Positions 17,069 to 25,114 of a DNA stretch of 32,000 nucleotides are shown piece by piece. The notes beneath the pieces are model-generated. The model saw only the letters and a list, made by a program, of their open reading frames with translations, was not told the DNA's origin and ran no database searches. Position 1 is the first letter of the stretch, and each line of letters begins with the position of its first letter. A program made the translations under genes and the position numbers. The stretch is from Candidatus Saccharimonadota bacterium (GTDB lineage Bacteria > Patescibacteriota > Saccharimonadia > Saccharimonadales > Saccharimonadaceae): assembly GCA_039920285.1 (NCBI GenBank), contig JBDSDX010000001.1, positions 330,001 through 362,000 on the forward strand. The letters are read 5' to 3'.

Positions 17069-17077
17069 TGGTATAAT
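17069..17077 (+). promoter_or_regulatory. Extended -10 promoter candidate for tRNA-Arg
   Basis: TGgTATAAT at 17069-17077, 26 nt upstream of the tRNA 5' end. Confidence 0.5.
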
Positions 17078-17103
17078 CACCTCTGTACTTCGTACAAATG
17101 TAC

Positions 17104-17180
17104 GCACCCGTAGCTCAGTGGATTAGAGCATCTGTCTTCGGAACAGAGGGTCGCAAGTTCGAATCTTGCCGGGTGTACCA
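17104..17180 (+). tRNA. tRNA-Arg (anticodon TCG), CCA encoded
   Basis: Hand-folded cloverleaf: acceptor GCACCCG/CGGGTGT, D arm GCTC..GAGC, anticodon stem TCTGT/ACAGA with loop CTTCGGA (anticodon TCG), T arm GCAAG-TTCGAAT-CTTGC, 3' ACCA. Confidence 0.92.
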
Positions 17181-17190
17181 AGAATTTATA

Positions 17191-17218
17191 AAAAACACTC
17201 CTTTTGCGGGAGTGTTTT
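17191..17218 (+). terminator. Rho-independent terminator after tRNA-Arg
   Basis: ACACTCC (17195-17201), a loop, GGAGTGT (17209-17215), then TTT. Confidence 0.55.
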
Positions 17219-17241
17219 AGATTTTAAAGCAAAATTTTGCT

Positions 17242-18561
17242 ATGCTTGGGATACAGATGGGCAAAAAACAAACAGGTTTTACAATCGTCGAACTACTCAT
17301 TGTTATTATTGTGATTGGTATTCTTGCCGCTATCACCATCGTTTCCTTCACCGGTCTCCAGAATCGTGCAAAAACAGCATCGGTCCAAAGCGACCTTGAG
17401 GCTTCACTGAAACAACTCGAGATCTTCCGGATTAATATTGGTTCTGCTGAGACATATCCGACAACAATTGACTGTAGCGCAAGTCCTGCTGCGGGTACGA
17501 TTTGTCTGCGTCCGAGCTCGGGAACGATCTACGAATATACTTATGTTGCTGGGAGTAACACCTATTGTCTGAGTGCGGTGAATGGAACAATTGCGTACAA
17601 CGTTTCCTCAACCACTCGCCAGATTCAATCTGGGGTATGTGCGGGGCATACTGCGCCAGGAGCAGTCATTATCTCTACGAGTAGTATTACATCGCTTCTA
17701 GCAGGAAGTGGTGCAGGGTCGAGCGGAAATGGAACCGGTGCAGGTGCTTCTATTAATCAGCCGAATGATGTCGCAGTTGATGCGTCCGGTAATGTGTATG
17801 TCGCTGATCTCTACGGCAACCAAGTTCGGAAGATTACTCCTGCTGGCGTGACGACTACCTTCGCATCAGGGATAGGATATCCGGAAGGATTGGAATTGGA
17901 TGCCTCGGGGAATGTCTATGTTGCAAGCTTCGGAGGTAATAATATTGTAAAGATTACGTCTTCGGGAACGGTGACAACCTTTGCGACTGGCATGTCGAGT
18001 CCACGAGGGCTGACTGTCAGTGGTACCGATATTTACGTTGCTGATACAGGCAATAATCTAATCAAGAAAATTACTTCAGCTGGTGTCGTCAGCGTCTTCG
18101 CAGGGTCAGGTGCCGCCACTTCGACCGATGGGACCGGTGCGGGCGCTTCCTTTAGCTCACCATACGCTATGGCGTCGGACGCCACCGGTAATCTTTACGT
18201 GGTTGATAATACGACAGGCAAGATCAGAAAGATAACCTCAGCAGGCGTCGTGACGACATTGGCCGGCTCGACAAGTGGGTACGCAGAAGGAACGGGTGCG
18301 GCTGCACAGTTTAATCAGCCGTCAGGAATTGGCGTGGACGCCAGTGGAAATGTGTTCGTCGGTGATTCGGTAAACAACCGTATTCGCAAGATAACCTCAG
18401 CAGGTGTCGTGACGACGGTTCTCGGCTCAGGAACTGCGGCCTATACTGAAGGTACGGGAACGGGCGCGGTCTTTAATTACCCAGCGGGAATAAGCTTTGG
18501 TTCTGATGGCACAATGTATATCGCTGACCGCGGAAATAATCGTATTCGGAAAGCACTCTAG
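17242..18561 (+). CDS. Prepilin-type N-terminus fused to a six-bladed NHL-repeat beta-propeller
   Basis: ..GKKQTG/FTIVELLIVIIVIGILAAITIVSF (an alternative start is ATG 17257). About six repeats follow with the pattern D(A/S)SGN(V/L)YVAD..(N/G)N.I(R/K)KIT..G.V(T/S)T(F/L)A, which is the NHL-repeat signature. Confidence 0.85.
   Translation: MLGIQMGKKQTGFTIVELLIVIIVIGILAAITIVSFTGLQNRAKTASVQSDLEASLKQLEIFRINIGSAETYPTTIDCSASPAAGTICLRPSSGTIYEYTYVAGSNTYCLSAVNGTIAYNVSSTTRQIQSGVCAGHTAPGAVIISTSSITSLLAGSGAGSSGNGTGAGASINQPNDVAVDASGNVYVADLYGNQVRKITPAGVTTTFASGIGYPEGLELDASGNVYVASFGGNNIVKITSSGTVTTFATGMSSPRGLTVSGTDIYVADTGNNLIKKITSAGVVSVFAGSGAATSTDGTGAGASFSSPYAMASDATGNLYVVDNTTGKIRKITSAGVVTTLAGSTSGYAEGTGAAAQFNQPSGIGVDASGNVFVGDSVNNRIRKITSAGVVTTVLGSGTAAYTEGTGTGAVFNYPAGISFGSDGTMYIADRGNNRIRKAL
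18229..18416 (+). repeat. Intragenic direct repeat marking duplicated NHL blades
   Basis: AAGATAACCTCAGCAGG[C/T]GTCGTGACGAC occurs at 18229-18257 and 18388-18416 (28/29 identical). The spacing is 159 nt, which is 53 codons, and more diverged copies lie upstream. Confidence 0.85.
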
Positions 18562-18575
18562 ATTCAATTAACAGA

Positions 18576-18604
18576 TTGAAAAAGAGAAGGAAAAATGGTA
18601 GTAT
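18576..18604 (+). promoter_or_regulatory. Sigma70-like promoter candidate for tRNA-Lys
   Basis: TTGAAA (18576-18581), a 17-nt spacer, then TAGTAT (18599-18604). Confidence 0.4.
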
Positions 18605-18658
18605 AGTCTGAGTTCAACGTTCGTAACGCGTTTAAAGCAGAGAAATGTTGTCCGATAC

Positions 18659-18735
18659 GGGTCAGTAGCTCAGCTGGTTAGAGCGTCTGCCTCTTAAGCA
18701 GAATGTCGTGGGTTCAAGTCCCACCTGACCCTCCA
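18659..18735 (+). tRNA. tRNA-Lys (anticodon CTT), CCA encoded
   Basis: Acceptor GGGTCAG/CTGACCC, D arm GCTC..GAGC, anticodon stem TCTGC/GCAGA with loop CTCTTAA (anticodon CTT), T arm GTGGG-TTCAAGT-CCCAC, 3' TCCA. Confidence 0.92.
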
Positions 18736-18749
18736 GGCTATTATCAAGA

Positions 18750-18777
18750 CTTCCCTATTTAGGGAGGTTTTTGTTTT
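18750..18777 (+). terminator. Rho-independent terminator after tRNA-Lys
   Basis: CTTCCCT-attt-AGGGAGG followed by TTTTTGTTTT. Confidence 0.5.
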
Positions 18778-18797
18778 GATTCTGCTATAGTTTAAAT

Positions 18798-19406
18798 ATG
18801 AAAAAGAAGTATCTCACTGGGTATAAGTTATTTTTTGGATTAATTGGATTAATTGCTATTGTGACTGAGATCGCGACACTGGCTGATCGAAACACATTCA
18901 ATGCAGGCAACTTCTTCAGTTACTTCACAATCGAGAGCAATATTATTGCGGTTATCGTTTTCTTAATAAGTTCTTTTTATGTATACGCGGGTAAAAAAAG
19001 TGTGTGGCTTGATTATTTCCGAGGTGCAACAACATTTTATATGGTGGTGACGGGTATTGTGTTTGCAACCTTATTGGCAGGTATTGAAAACGCAACATTG
19101 ACTGCCGTACCACTTGATAATACGATTCTGCATTACATCATTCCAATTGCGATCGCTATTGATTGGTTAATGGATCCACCGATTCGTCGTTTTAGTTTTC
19201 GCCAAGCATTGGCATGGATCATTTTCCCAGTGTTATACCTCATCTACAGTTTATTCCGTGGATCTTTCGTGAACTGGTACCCGTACCCATTTCTTGATCC
19301 TGCTCATGGCGGCTATACCCAGGTTGCTATCACAAGTCTGATTATCACTGCAGGCGGGTTAGTCCTCATTTATGTCATATCGCGAATAAGTAAAAAAGCT
19401 CGCTAA
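18798..19406 (+). CDS. Integral membrane protein, about 6 TM (possibly Pr6Pr / FAR-17a-AIG1-like family)
   Basis: 202 aa with six hydrophobic segments. The box NFFSYFTIESNIIAVIVF resembles the F-T-x-x-SN motif I associate with that family. The family call is weak. Confidence 0.6.
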   Translation: MKKKYLTGYKLFFGLIGLIAIVTEIATLADRNTFNAGNFFSYFTIESNIIAVIVFLISSFYVYAGKKSVWLDYFRGATTFYMVVTGIVFATLLAGIENATLTAVPLDNTILHYIIPIAIAIDWLMDPPIRRFSFRQALAWIIFPVLYLIYSLFRGSFVNWYPYPFLDPAHGGYTQVAITSLIITAGGLVLIYVISRISKKAR

Positions 19407-19407
19407 T

Positions 19408-19695
19408 ATGCGCCATATTATGCACAAACGGAGCGATCGCTCCTATCCTATCACTGATGCGCTGGCACTGCTGGTTGGTCTCGCACAACCAATCATGACT
19501 ATTCCTCAGATTGTTCTCGTCTTCACACTTCATGACTCTTCGCAGATATCACTTGCGACTTGGGTGACGTATGACATCGCGAGCGTCGTGTTACTTATAT
19601 ATGGTTTTCGACACAAGTTGATGCCGATTATTATTTCTCAAATATGCTGGCTTGTCGTCCAGACGATCATGATTATTGCGATCTTTACCTTTTAG
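19408..19695 (+). CDS. Small 3-TM PQ-loop (SemiSWEET-like) membrane protein
   Basis: 95 aa with three TM helices. A PQ motif sits in TM1 (AQPIMTIPQIVLVF). The size and topology fit bacterial SemiSWEET/PQ-loop proteins. The start is 1 nt after the upstream stop. Confidence 0.55.
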   Translation: MRHIMHKRSDRSYPITDALALLVGLAQPIMTIPQIVLVFTLHDSSQISLATWVTYDIASVVLLIYGFRHKLMPIIISQICWLVVQTIMIIAIFTF

Positions 19696-20192
19696 GCAGA
19701 AGTAGTTGGAGCGGGCGCGTGGTGGAGTGACGGGGCAGTTGAGCCTTTGTCATTCCAAGTTGATTTATCAATACCGAGCCAGATAAGCCAAACGATTGGG
19801 AGGAAGATAGCAAGGAGAACGAATGTTCCATCTTTACCGAACTTCTTACCAACGTGGTACATAGAAATGTATAGGAAGACAGCAGAGACATAGTTCACAA
19901 CAGGTACTATTGCGAGGATAGCCCAAAAACCTTGTTGGCCACCGAGTTCAAGTAATTTCCAGTTGTTATAAAAAGGCACCCAAGCGATACCAGGTGAAAT
20001 ACCGGCTTTCTTGAAAATTTTACCAAGAAAAATTGCATACAGAACGTATATACCAATCGATAGCACAAGACTGAAGATAAGGAAAAATAGCGCGAAGCCA
20101 ATCCCCGCAGCTGCAGCGGTAGCTGAATCAGCTGAGCTTGTTTCATAGGTATAATTGCTGTAGTACTGAGCGAAGGTGATAAGGTTTGTCAT
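19692..20192 (-). CDS. DUF5684-like membrane protein
   Basis: GKIFKKAGISPGIAWVPFYNNWKLLELGGQQGFWAILAIVPVVNYV...VGKKFGKDGTFVLLAIFLPIVWLIWLG matches the KAG-x-GW-x-IP-x-YN ... FGK motif pattern remembered for DUF5684. Confidence 0.65.
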   Translation of the reverse strand: MTNLITFAQYYSNYTYETSSADSATAAAAGIGFALFFLIFSLVLSIGIYVLYAIFLGKIFKKAGISPGIAWVPFYNNWKLLELGGQQGFWAILAIVPVVNYVSAVFLYISMYHVGKKFGKDGTFVLLAIFLPIVWLIWLGIDKSTWNDKGSTAPSLHHAPAPTTSA

Positions 20193-20233
20193 AATGGTTT
20201 CATTGTAGCATACGATTTGGTAAGCTAGAACGA

Positions 20234-21046
20234 ATGAGAATTCTTGATGGAAAAGAGCTGGCTGGCTTCATAGAAGAGCGCCAAGCGCGACAAGTTCGTG
20301 CTCTGCGCCAAGCGTCACACGTCTACCCAAAATTAGCGATTATTCAGACTATCGATAATCCAGTCATCGATACCTATGTTAATTTGAAGAAAAGATACGG
20401 TGAGGATGTTTTGATCGATGTCGATATTCATAAAGTTGACCAAGTAGATTTGATGGATACAATCGCAGCGTTAAATGCCAACGAAACCGTCCACGGTATT
20501 ATTATTCAGCTCCCTCTTGCTGACGAGGCTCAGACGGATGAAGCAGTGAACGCCGTCGCGCCCGAAAAGGACGTGGATGGTCTTGGTCAAAATGCAACGT
20601 TAACACCAGCAACAGCTATGGCGATCGACTGGCTTTTGGCTGGATACAACGTCGATTTAAAATCGAAACCAATTGCGATTGTCGGAAACGGTCGTTTGGT
20701 GGGTGCACCATTGGCACGACTTTGGGGAACGACGGGCTATGACGTTACTGTTTATGATGACACAACTGACGATCTTGTGAGCGGGTTGCGTCGTTCGGGA
20801 GTTGTGGTGACTGCAACTGGCGTCCCGGGCTTGGTTAAGAGTACGATGTTGTCTCCAAATACCGTGGTGGTTGATGCGGGAACTGCCGCTGAGCATGGTA
20901 AGATTGTCGGCGATCTAGATGCTGACGTTCGTGAACGCGGCGATCTGACGATTACACCAGAAAAAGGAGGGGTTGGTCCCCTCACTGTGACGGCATTGTT
21001 TGATAATGTGATTCAAGCTGCTCGCGCAACTATCCTCAACGACTAA
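20234..21046 (+). CDS. folD: Bifunctional methylenetetrahydrofolate dehydrogenase/methenyl-THF cyclohydrolase
   Basis: MRILDGKELA.., YVNLKKRYGEDV, HGIIIQLPL, PEKDVDGL and GGVGPLTVTALFDNV are FolD boxes. The protein is short (270 aa). Confidence 0.88.
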   Translation: MRILDGKELAGFIEERQARQVRALRQASHVYPKLAIIQTIDNPVIDTYVNLKKRYGEDVLIDVDIHKVDQVDLMDTIAALNANETVHGIIIQLPLADEAQTDEAVNAVAPEKDVDGLGQNATLTPATAMAIDWLLAGYNVDLKSKPIAIVGNGRLVGAPLARLWGTTGYDVTVYDDTTDDLVSGLRRSGVVVTATGVPGLVKSTMLSPNTVVVDAGTAAEHGKIVGDLDADVRERGDLTITPEKGGVGPLTVTALFDNVIQAARATILND

Positions 21047-21411
21047 ACGCCGAGAGCTTCTTTGATACGTTGTACAACCTGACGAGGTGTCAGCTCTGCT
21101 TTGACGATATAACTATGGATACCAAGGGCCTTGAGCTCTTTTGGTGATTCTTCTTGGCCGAGGTTAGTCAGAATGATAACAGGAATATCTTTACCCCAGT
21201 CTTCTTTACGAATAAGTGCAAGTGCTTCAGCACCACCCATTTCGGGCATTTGTAGGTCCATTAAAATAATGTCGGGCGTAAAACTCTCGACCATTGCGAC
21301 ACCGCGTTTTCCGTTATTCGCAAGCTGAACATCAAAGCCGTCGGCTTCAAATTTCATACGGTACATTTGGCTAATAACAACGTCGTCTTCTATGATGGCT
21401 ATTTTGGTCAT
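21043..21411 (-). CDS. Stand-alone receiver-domain response regulator (CheY-like, no output domain)
   Basis: 122 aa with the acidic pair IIEDD, the phospho-acceptor context DIILMDLQMPEMGG, the conserved T/S in ILTNL, and K in YIVKAELTP. Confidence 0.88.
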   Translation of the reverse strand: MTKIAIIEDDVVISQMYRMKFEADGFDVQLANNGKRGVAMVESFTPDIILMDLQMPEMGGAEALALIRKEDWGKDIPVIILTNLGQEESPKELKALGIHSYIVKAELTPRQVVQRIKEALGV

Positions 21412-21467
21412 GGTTCTCTCGAGTATATCATAATTGCTTATCTGTTGAATTAGTATATGATTATCAT

Positions 21468-22610
21468 GTGAGCTCTATTGAAGAAGGACCGAGTGAGGCC
21501 GTAGCGCTTGAAGCTCAGCAAATCCATACCGACGTGTATCTCGACAGAGGGTATATTCAGCCCGAAGAACTGAGAGAAGACGGTATTTATATTGATGAAT
21601 ACACTCCTCGATCTGAACCTATCCTTGTAAAACTTGGCGCGAAGGAAACAACCGTCAGGATTATTCATGCTGATAAAAAAAATGGCATGCTTTCTTTGCC
21701 GACCCCAAAGCATTTTGCAATCGACACAGCGGCCTTAAAAGAGGTTGCTCATGTCTCACGACTGGCAGATATCGGATGGCGTGACGTGGTTGAATTATCT
21801 GGATTAGCTTCGATCCGATTAGCGGATGACGCAACGACTGAAGAGAAATTTGATGCAACGCGACAGGCTTATGCGGCTGGCTTGCGTCATTCACTCGACC
21901 AAGGCCACGCATTATGGGTGATGAATGTTGACAATAAACTAATGAAATTTCTTGAATTGACCCTCGGTAAAGATTCTTATACACAAATCGGTGAAAAGCA
22001 GGAATATATGGGTCCTGCAACAACACCGATTGCACTGAATCCTCAAGACATTGTGAAATCAATCTTACTTGATCAGACGAGTCGATTTGGTGAAGCGAAT
22101 CGTGAAGATATTTCTCTCGCAATGCAGGGCGTAAGCGAAAAACACTTGTCCCGTACACTCATCAAGTTATTGAAAGATAACGATATCGAGACAACGAAAA
22201 ACTCTGTCGCCTCGAAATTATGGATGAATAAAAAGGCCGCATTATATGGCTCAATAGTTGGGTATTCAGCGCTTCGATTTTTGCCGGTTATGGCAGTCGA
22301 ACAATTTCATGGCAGTGTCGCTGCCTTTGCGGGAATTGACATTGCAACAGCTGTCACGCAGGTCGGAAGTATGGAACTTTTCTTTAGCGGTAAAAACCGT
22401 GCAGTACGAACACTAGGTGCGTTAGGCACGGGTGCAAGTTTCGCAGCACCATACGCTTATTTTTGGGCAAATGGTGAAGATTATCCTCCATATGTAAATG
22501 CGATTGCTGGCGGATTCGTCGCTATCGGCGTCGGTATCGAGGCGAGTAAAACGAGGACCGATATAAAGGTTCGCCACGGACTTGAAACAACAGATCTTCC
22601 AACTGCCTAG
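21468..22610 (+). CDS. Membrane protein: N-terminal acyl-synthase/GNAT-like (autoinducer-synthase-fold-like) domain plus C-terminal 4-TM region
   Basis: 380 aa with a GTG start and no SD. In the N-terminal roughly 210 aa, TDVYLDRGYIQPEEL..DEYT.., VVELSGLAS and EYMGPATTPIAL recall the N-acyl amino acid synthase / LuxI-like GNAT pattern (low certainty). The C-terminus has four hydrophobic segments. It ends 27 nt upstream of the kinase gene. Confidence 0.55.
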   Translation: MSSIEEGPSEAVALEAQQIHTDVYLDRGYIQPEELREDGIYIDEYTPRSEPILVKLGAKETTVRIIHADKKNGMLSLPTPKHFAIDTAALKEVAHVSRLADIGWRDVVELSGLASIRLADDATTEEKFDATRQAYAAGLRHSLDQGHALWVMNVDNKLMKFLELTLGKDSYTQIGEKQEYMGPATTPIALNPQDIVKSILLDQTSRFGEANREDISLAMQGVSEKHLSRTLIKLLKDNDIETTKNSVASKLWMNKKAALYGSIVGYSALRFLPVMAVEQFHGSVAAFAGIDIATAVTQVGSMELFFSGKNRAVRTLGALGTGASFAAPYAYFWANGEDYPPYVNAIAGGFVAIGVGIEASKTRTDIKVRHGLETTDLPTA

Positions 22611-22637
22611 GAATTAGCGCACGACTCGGGGTATACT

Positions 22638-24818
22638 ATGCTTATGCTTTATGAGTCTTTGCTATTGATAGCGACAAATTTACTTGCGTTCATCATGGTA
22701 TTTATTGTCATGTTATCGCGCACAGTTGAAGAACGGCTTCGTTTGACGCTGATTGCAACTATCTTGAGCCTTGTTTTTTGGCAAGACACTATCTTTATTG
22801 CTGATAACTCAGCGCACGATCTCATACTCTGGAATACGATCATCTTCTTCTGGCCAACAGCTGCAATACTTAGTTGTTTCGCGTTTATTCGTGCACTACA
22901 CCGTAGTCAAACTCGTAAAGTTCAACGGTCGCGGATGACTATTCCAATGCTCATGATCGTACTTGTTCAACTTATCCCTATCGTGACGATAAATATTTTT
23001 AGTGCAGCAACCAAAACTAATGCTGGTCTAGAATTGGAACGAAGTACTGGGTATTACGTATACCTTGCCGGGTTGATCATTTCCCTCGCGCTACTTGTGA
23101 CAGAAATTATTGTTCGTCGAAGACGAAGTGGTCACGGTTCGCTTGAAAGGTATGCTATTAATGTCGTACTAGCGACCGTTATTATCGCGAGTACCTACGG
23201 GGTGATTATTAATGCAATTGTGCCTCTTCTGACAGGCGGGCAATCGTATATCGGGTTTGGGGTCATTATTATCGACATTTTCGCAATTGGTTTGAGTCTC
23301 AGTATTGCGCGTGGGCACTTAATTGATATTCGTTTCTACGCGGTTCGAACTACTGTTTATATCTTGTCGCTCGCTACTCTGGCAGTTGTCTATGCGGTGA
23401 TTGCTTACTTAGTATCGCAGTGGATATTAGGATTCGGTGCATCATCATTGCAGAACTTTATCAACATTGCGCTTGCATTGTTATTGGCATTTATTTTCCA
23501 GCCAATCCGACACTTCTTTGATCGTGTCACGAATCGAATTTTTTATCGGGATGAAATTGATAGTGACACTTTCTTCTCACATCTCAACCAAGAGTTAACG
23601 ACAACGAACGATATTCGAGATTTGATGCGGCGGACTGCGACATTTATTGCCGATGCTCTGAAATCAGAACAAGCATTCTTTTTTGTCTTCCATGGTGACC
23701 GGGCACATATTCAAGCAGGAACTGAATATCATCAAAAATTTGCCGCTCAAGATGCACGTGAGGTCGGTAAATTTATTCATGGAAAAGACATGATTGTTGC
23801 CAGTGATCTCGCGACATCAAATAGAAGCCTCTACCGCCTGATGTTGAGTAATCGTATCGCAGTTGTGTTGCCACTTCGTCGTGACGGTATCGGAATTGGA
23901 TATTTTGTACTTGGAGAGCATCGTCAAGGCGCGTATACACGTCGAGATATCAGATTACTTGGAACGGTGGCTGACGAACTGAGTATTGCTGTCCAAAATG
24001 CTCTCTCGGTCCAGGAAGTCAAAGACGTTAATTCTCACCTTGAACAACGTATTGATAGCGCGACAAAAGAACTTCGCGCCAGTAACGCGCAACTTCAGAA
24101 ACTGGATGAAGCAAAAGATGAGTTTATTAGCATGGCCTCTCACCAACTCAGAACACCGCTCACAAGTATCAAAGGCTATATTAGTATGTTGTCAGAAGGT
24201 GATGTCGGGAAAATTACTGATGAGCAGAAACATATTCTTGACGAAGCATTTATAAGTAGCGAGCGTATGGTGCGTTTGATTGGTGATTTCCTGAACGTCT
24301 CGCGGCTTCAAACAGGCAAGTTTATTATCGATAAACACCCGGCGGATTTGGGAAAGATTGTCGCGCAAGAAATCGATGGTTTAGAGACCAACGCTTCGGC
24401 TCGTAATCTGAAGTTTACCTACAAACAGCCAAAGAAATTCCCAGAATTAAATATTGATGAATCAAAGATTCGTCAGGTGATTATGAACTTCTCTGATAAC
24501 GCCATCTACTACTCAAAAGATAATTCGTCCATCAAAGTTTCTCTCAAGATTAGTGGAGAGTATGCAGAGTTTACTGTCAAAGATACAGGTATTGGTGTAC
24601 CTGATGCCGAGAAAGACCAGTTATTTAATAAGTTCTTCCGGGCGACGAATGCTCGTAAACAACGACCAGACGGTACCGGAGTGGGGCTTTTCCTTGCTAA
24701 AAAGGTGATAGATGCCCATCACGGACAGATCATTTTTGAATCAAAGGAAGGAAAGGGAAGCACTTTTGGCTTCCGTTTGCCACTTGCAAAACTACGCGTT
24801 ACTAGCGATACGAAATAG
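22638..24818 (+). CDS. Sensor histidine kinase (about 8 TM sensor region, GAF domain, HisKA, HATPase_c)
   Basis: It contains the H-box FISMASHQLRTPLTSIKGY, the N-box VIMNFSDNAIYYS, the G1 box VKDTGIGV, the F box FNKFFRA and the G2 box GTGVGLFLAK. A GAF-like segment spans about residues 330-460. The N-terminal roughly 300 aa are polytopic. Confidence 0.9.
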   Translation: MLMLYESLLLIATNLLAFIMVFIVMLSRTVEERLRLTLIATILSLVFWQDTIFIADNSAHDLILWNTIIFFWPTAAILSCFAFIRALHRSQTRKVQRSRMTIPMLMIVLVQLIPIVTINIFSAATKTNAGLELERSTGYYVYLAGLIISLALLVTEIIVRRRRSGHGSLERYAINVVLATVIIASTYGVIINAIVPLLTGGQSYIGFGVIIIDIFAIGLSLSIARGHLIDIRFYAVRTTVYILSLATLAVVYAVIAYLVSQWILGFGASSLQNFINIALALLLAFIFQPIRHFFDRVTNRIFYRDEIDSDTFFSHLNQELTTTNDIRDLMRRTATFIADALKSEQAFFFVFHGDRAHIQAGTEYHQKFAAQDAREVGKFIHGKDMIVASDLATSNRSLYRLMLSNRIAVVLPLRRDGIGIGYFVLGEHRQGAYTRRDIRLLGTVADELSIAVQNALSVQEVKDVNSHLEQRIDSATKELRASNAQLQKLDEAKDEFISMASHQLRTPLTSIKGYISMLSEGDVGKITDEQKHILDEAFISSERMVRLIGDFLNVSRLQTGKFIIDKHPADLGKIVAQEIDGLETNASARNLKFTYKQPKKFPELNIDESKIRQVIMNFSDNAIYYSKDNSSIKVSLKISGEYAEFTVKDTGIGVPDAEKDQLFNKFFRATNARKQRPDGTGVGLFLAKKVIDAHHGQIIFESKEGKGSTFGFRLPLAKLRVTSDTK

Positions 24819-25016
24819 TTCGATAATCAATAGGATGACAGCGGTTGCGATGGCGATCGTAATAATGACAGGTCGAGCGATCCGTTTGTGATCAAACCAC
24901 CACTGCCCTGCTTTGTTTCGGTTGACTGCTGATATCTTGGTGACCACTGGACGTTGGACCGCCGCATCGATGCCGGTGTAGACTTTGTTGCGTTTTTTCT
25001 TCTGCTTATTTGCCAT
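24792..25016 (-). CDS. Small basic single-TM protein (hypothetical)
   Basis: 74 aa with a Lys-rich N-terminus MANKQKKKRNK and a C-terminal TM VIITIAIATAVILLIIELF. The 3' end overlaps the kinase 3' end by 27 nt. Confidence 0.45.
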   Translation of the reverse strand: MANKQKKKRNKVYTGIDAAVQRPVVTKISAVNRNKAGQWWFDHKRIARPVIITIAIATAVILLIIELFRIASNA

Positions 25017-25036
25017 AGTTATTTCATTATAACAAA

Positions 25037-25066
25037 ATAACCCCCGCTTTTAACGGCGGGGGTTAT
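25037..25066 (-). terminator. Rho-independent terminator downstream of the LPxTG gene
   Basis: AACCCCCGC (25039-25047), an 8-nt loop, GCGGGGGTT (25056-25064). On the minus strand it is followed by ATTTTGTT. Confidence 0.6.
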
Positions 25067-25114
25067 TGGGTCTGAATCTCTTCAGTGGTTGTGAGAGAGA
25101 GCGGTCAGACTCGA

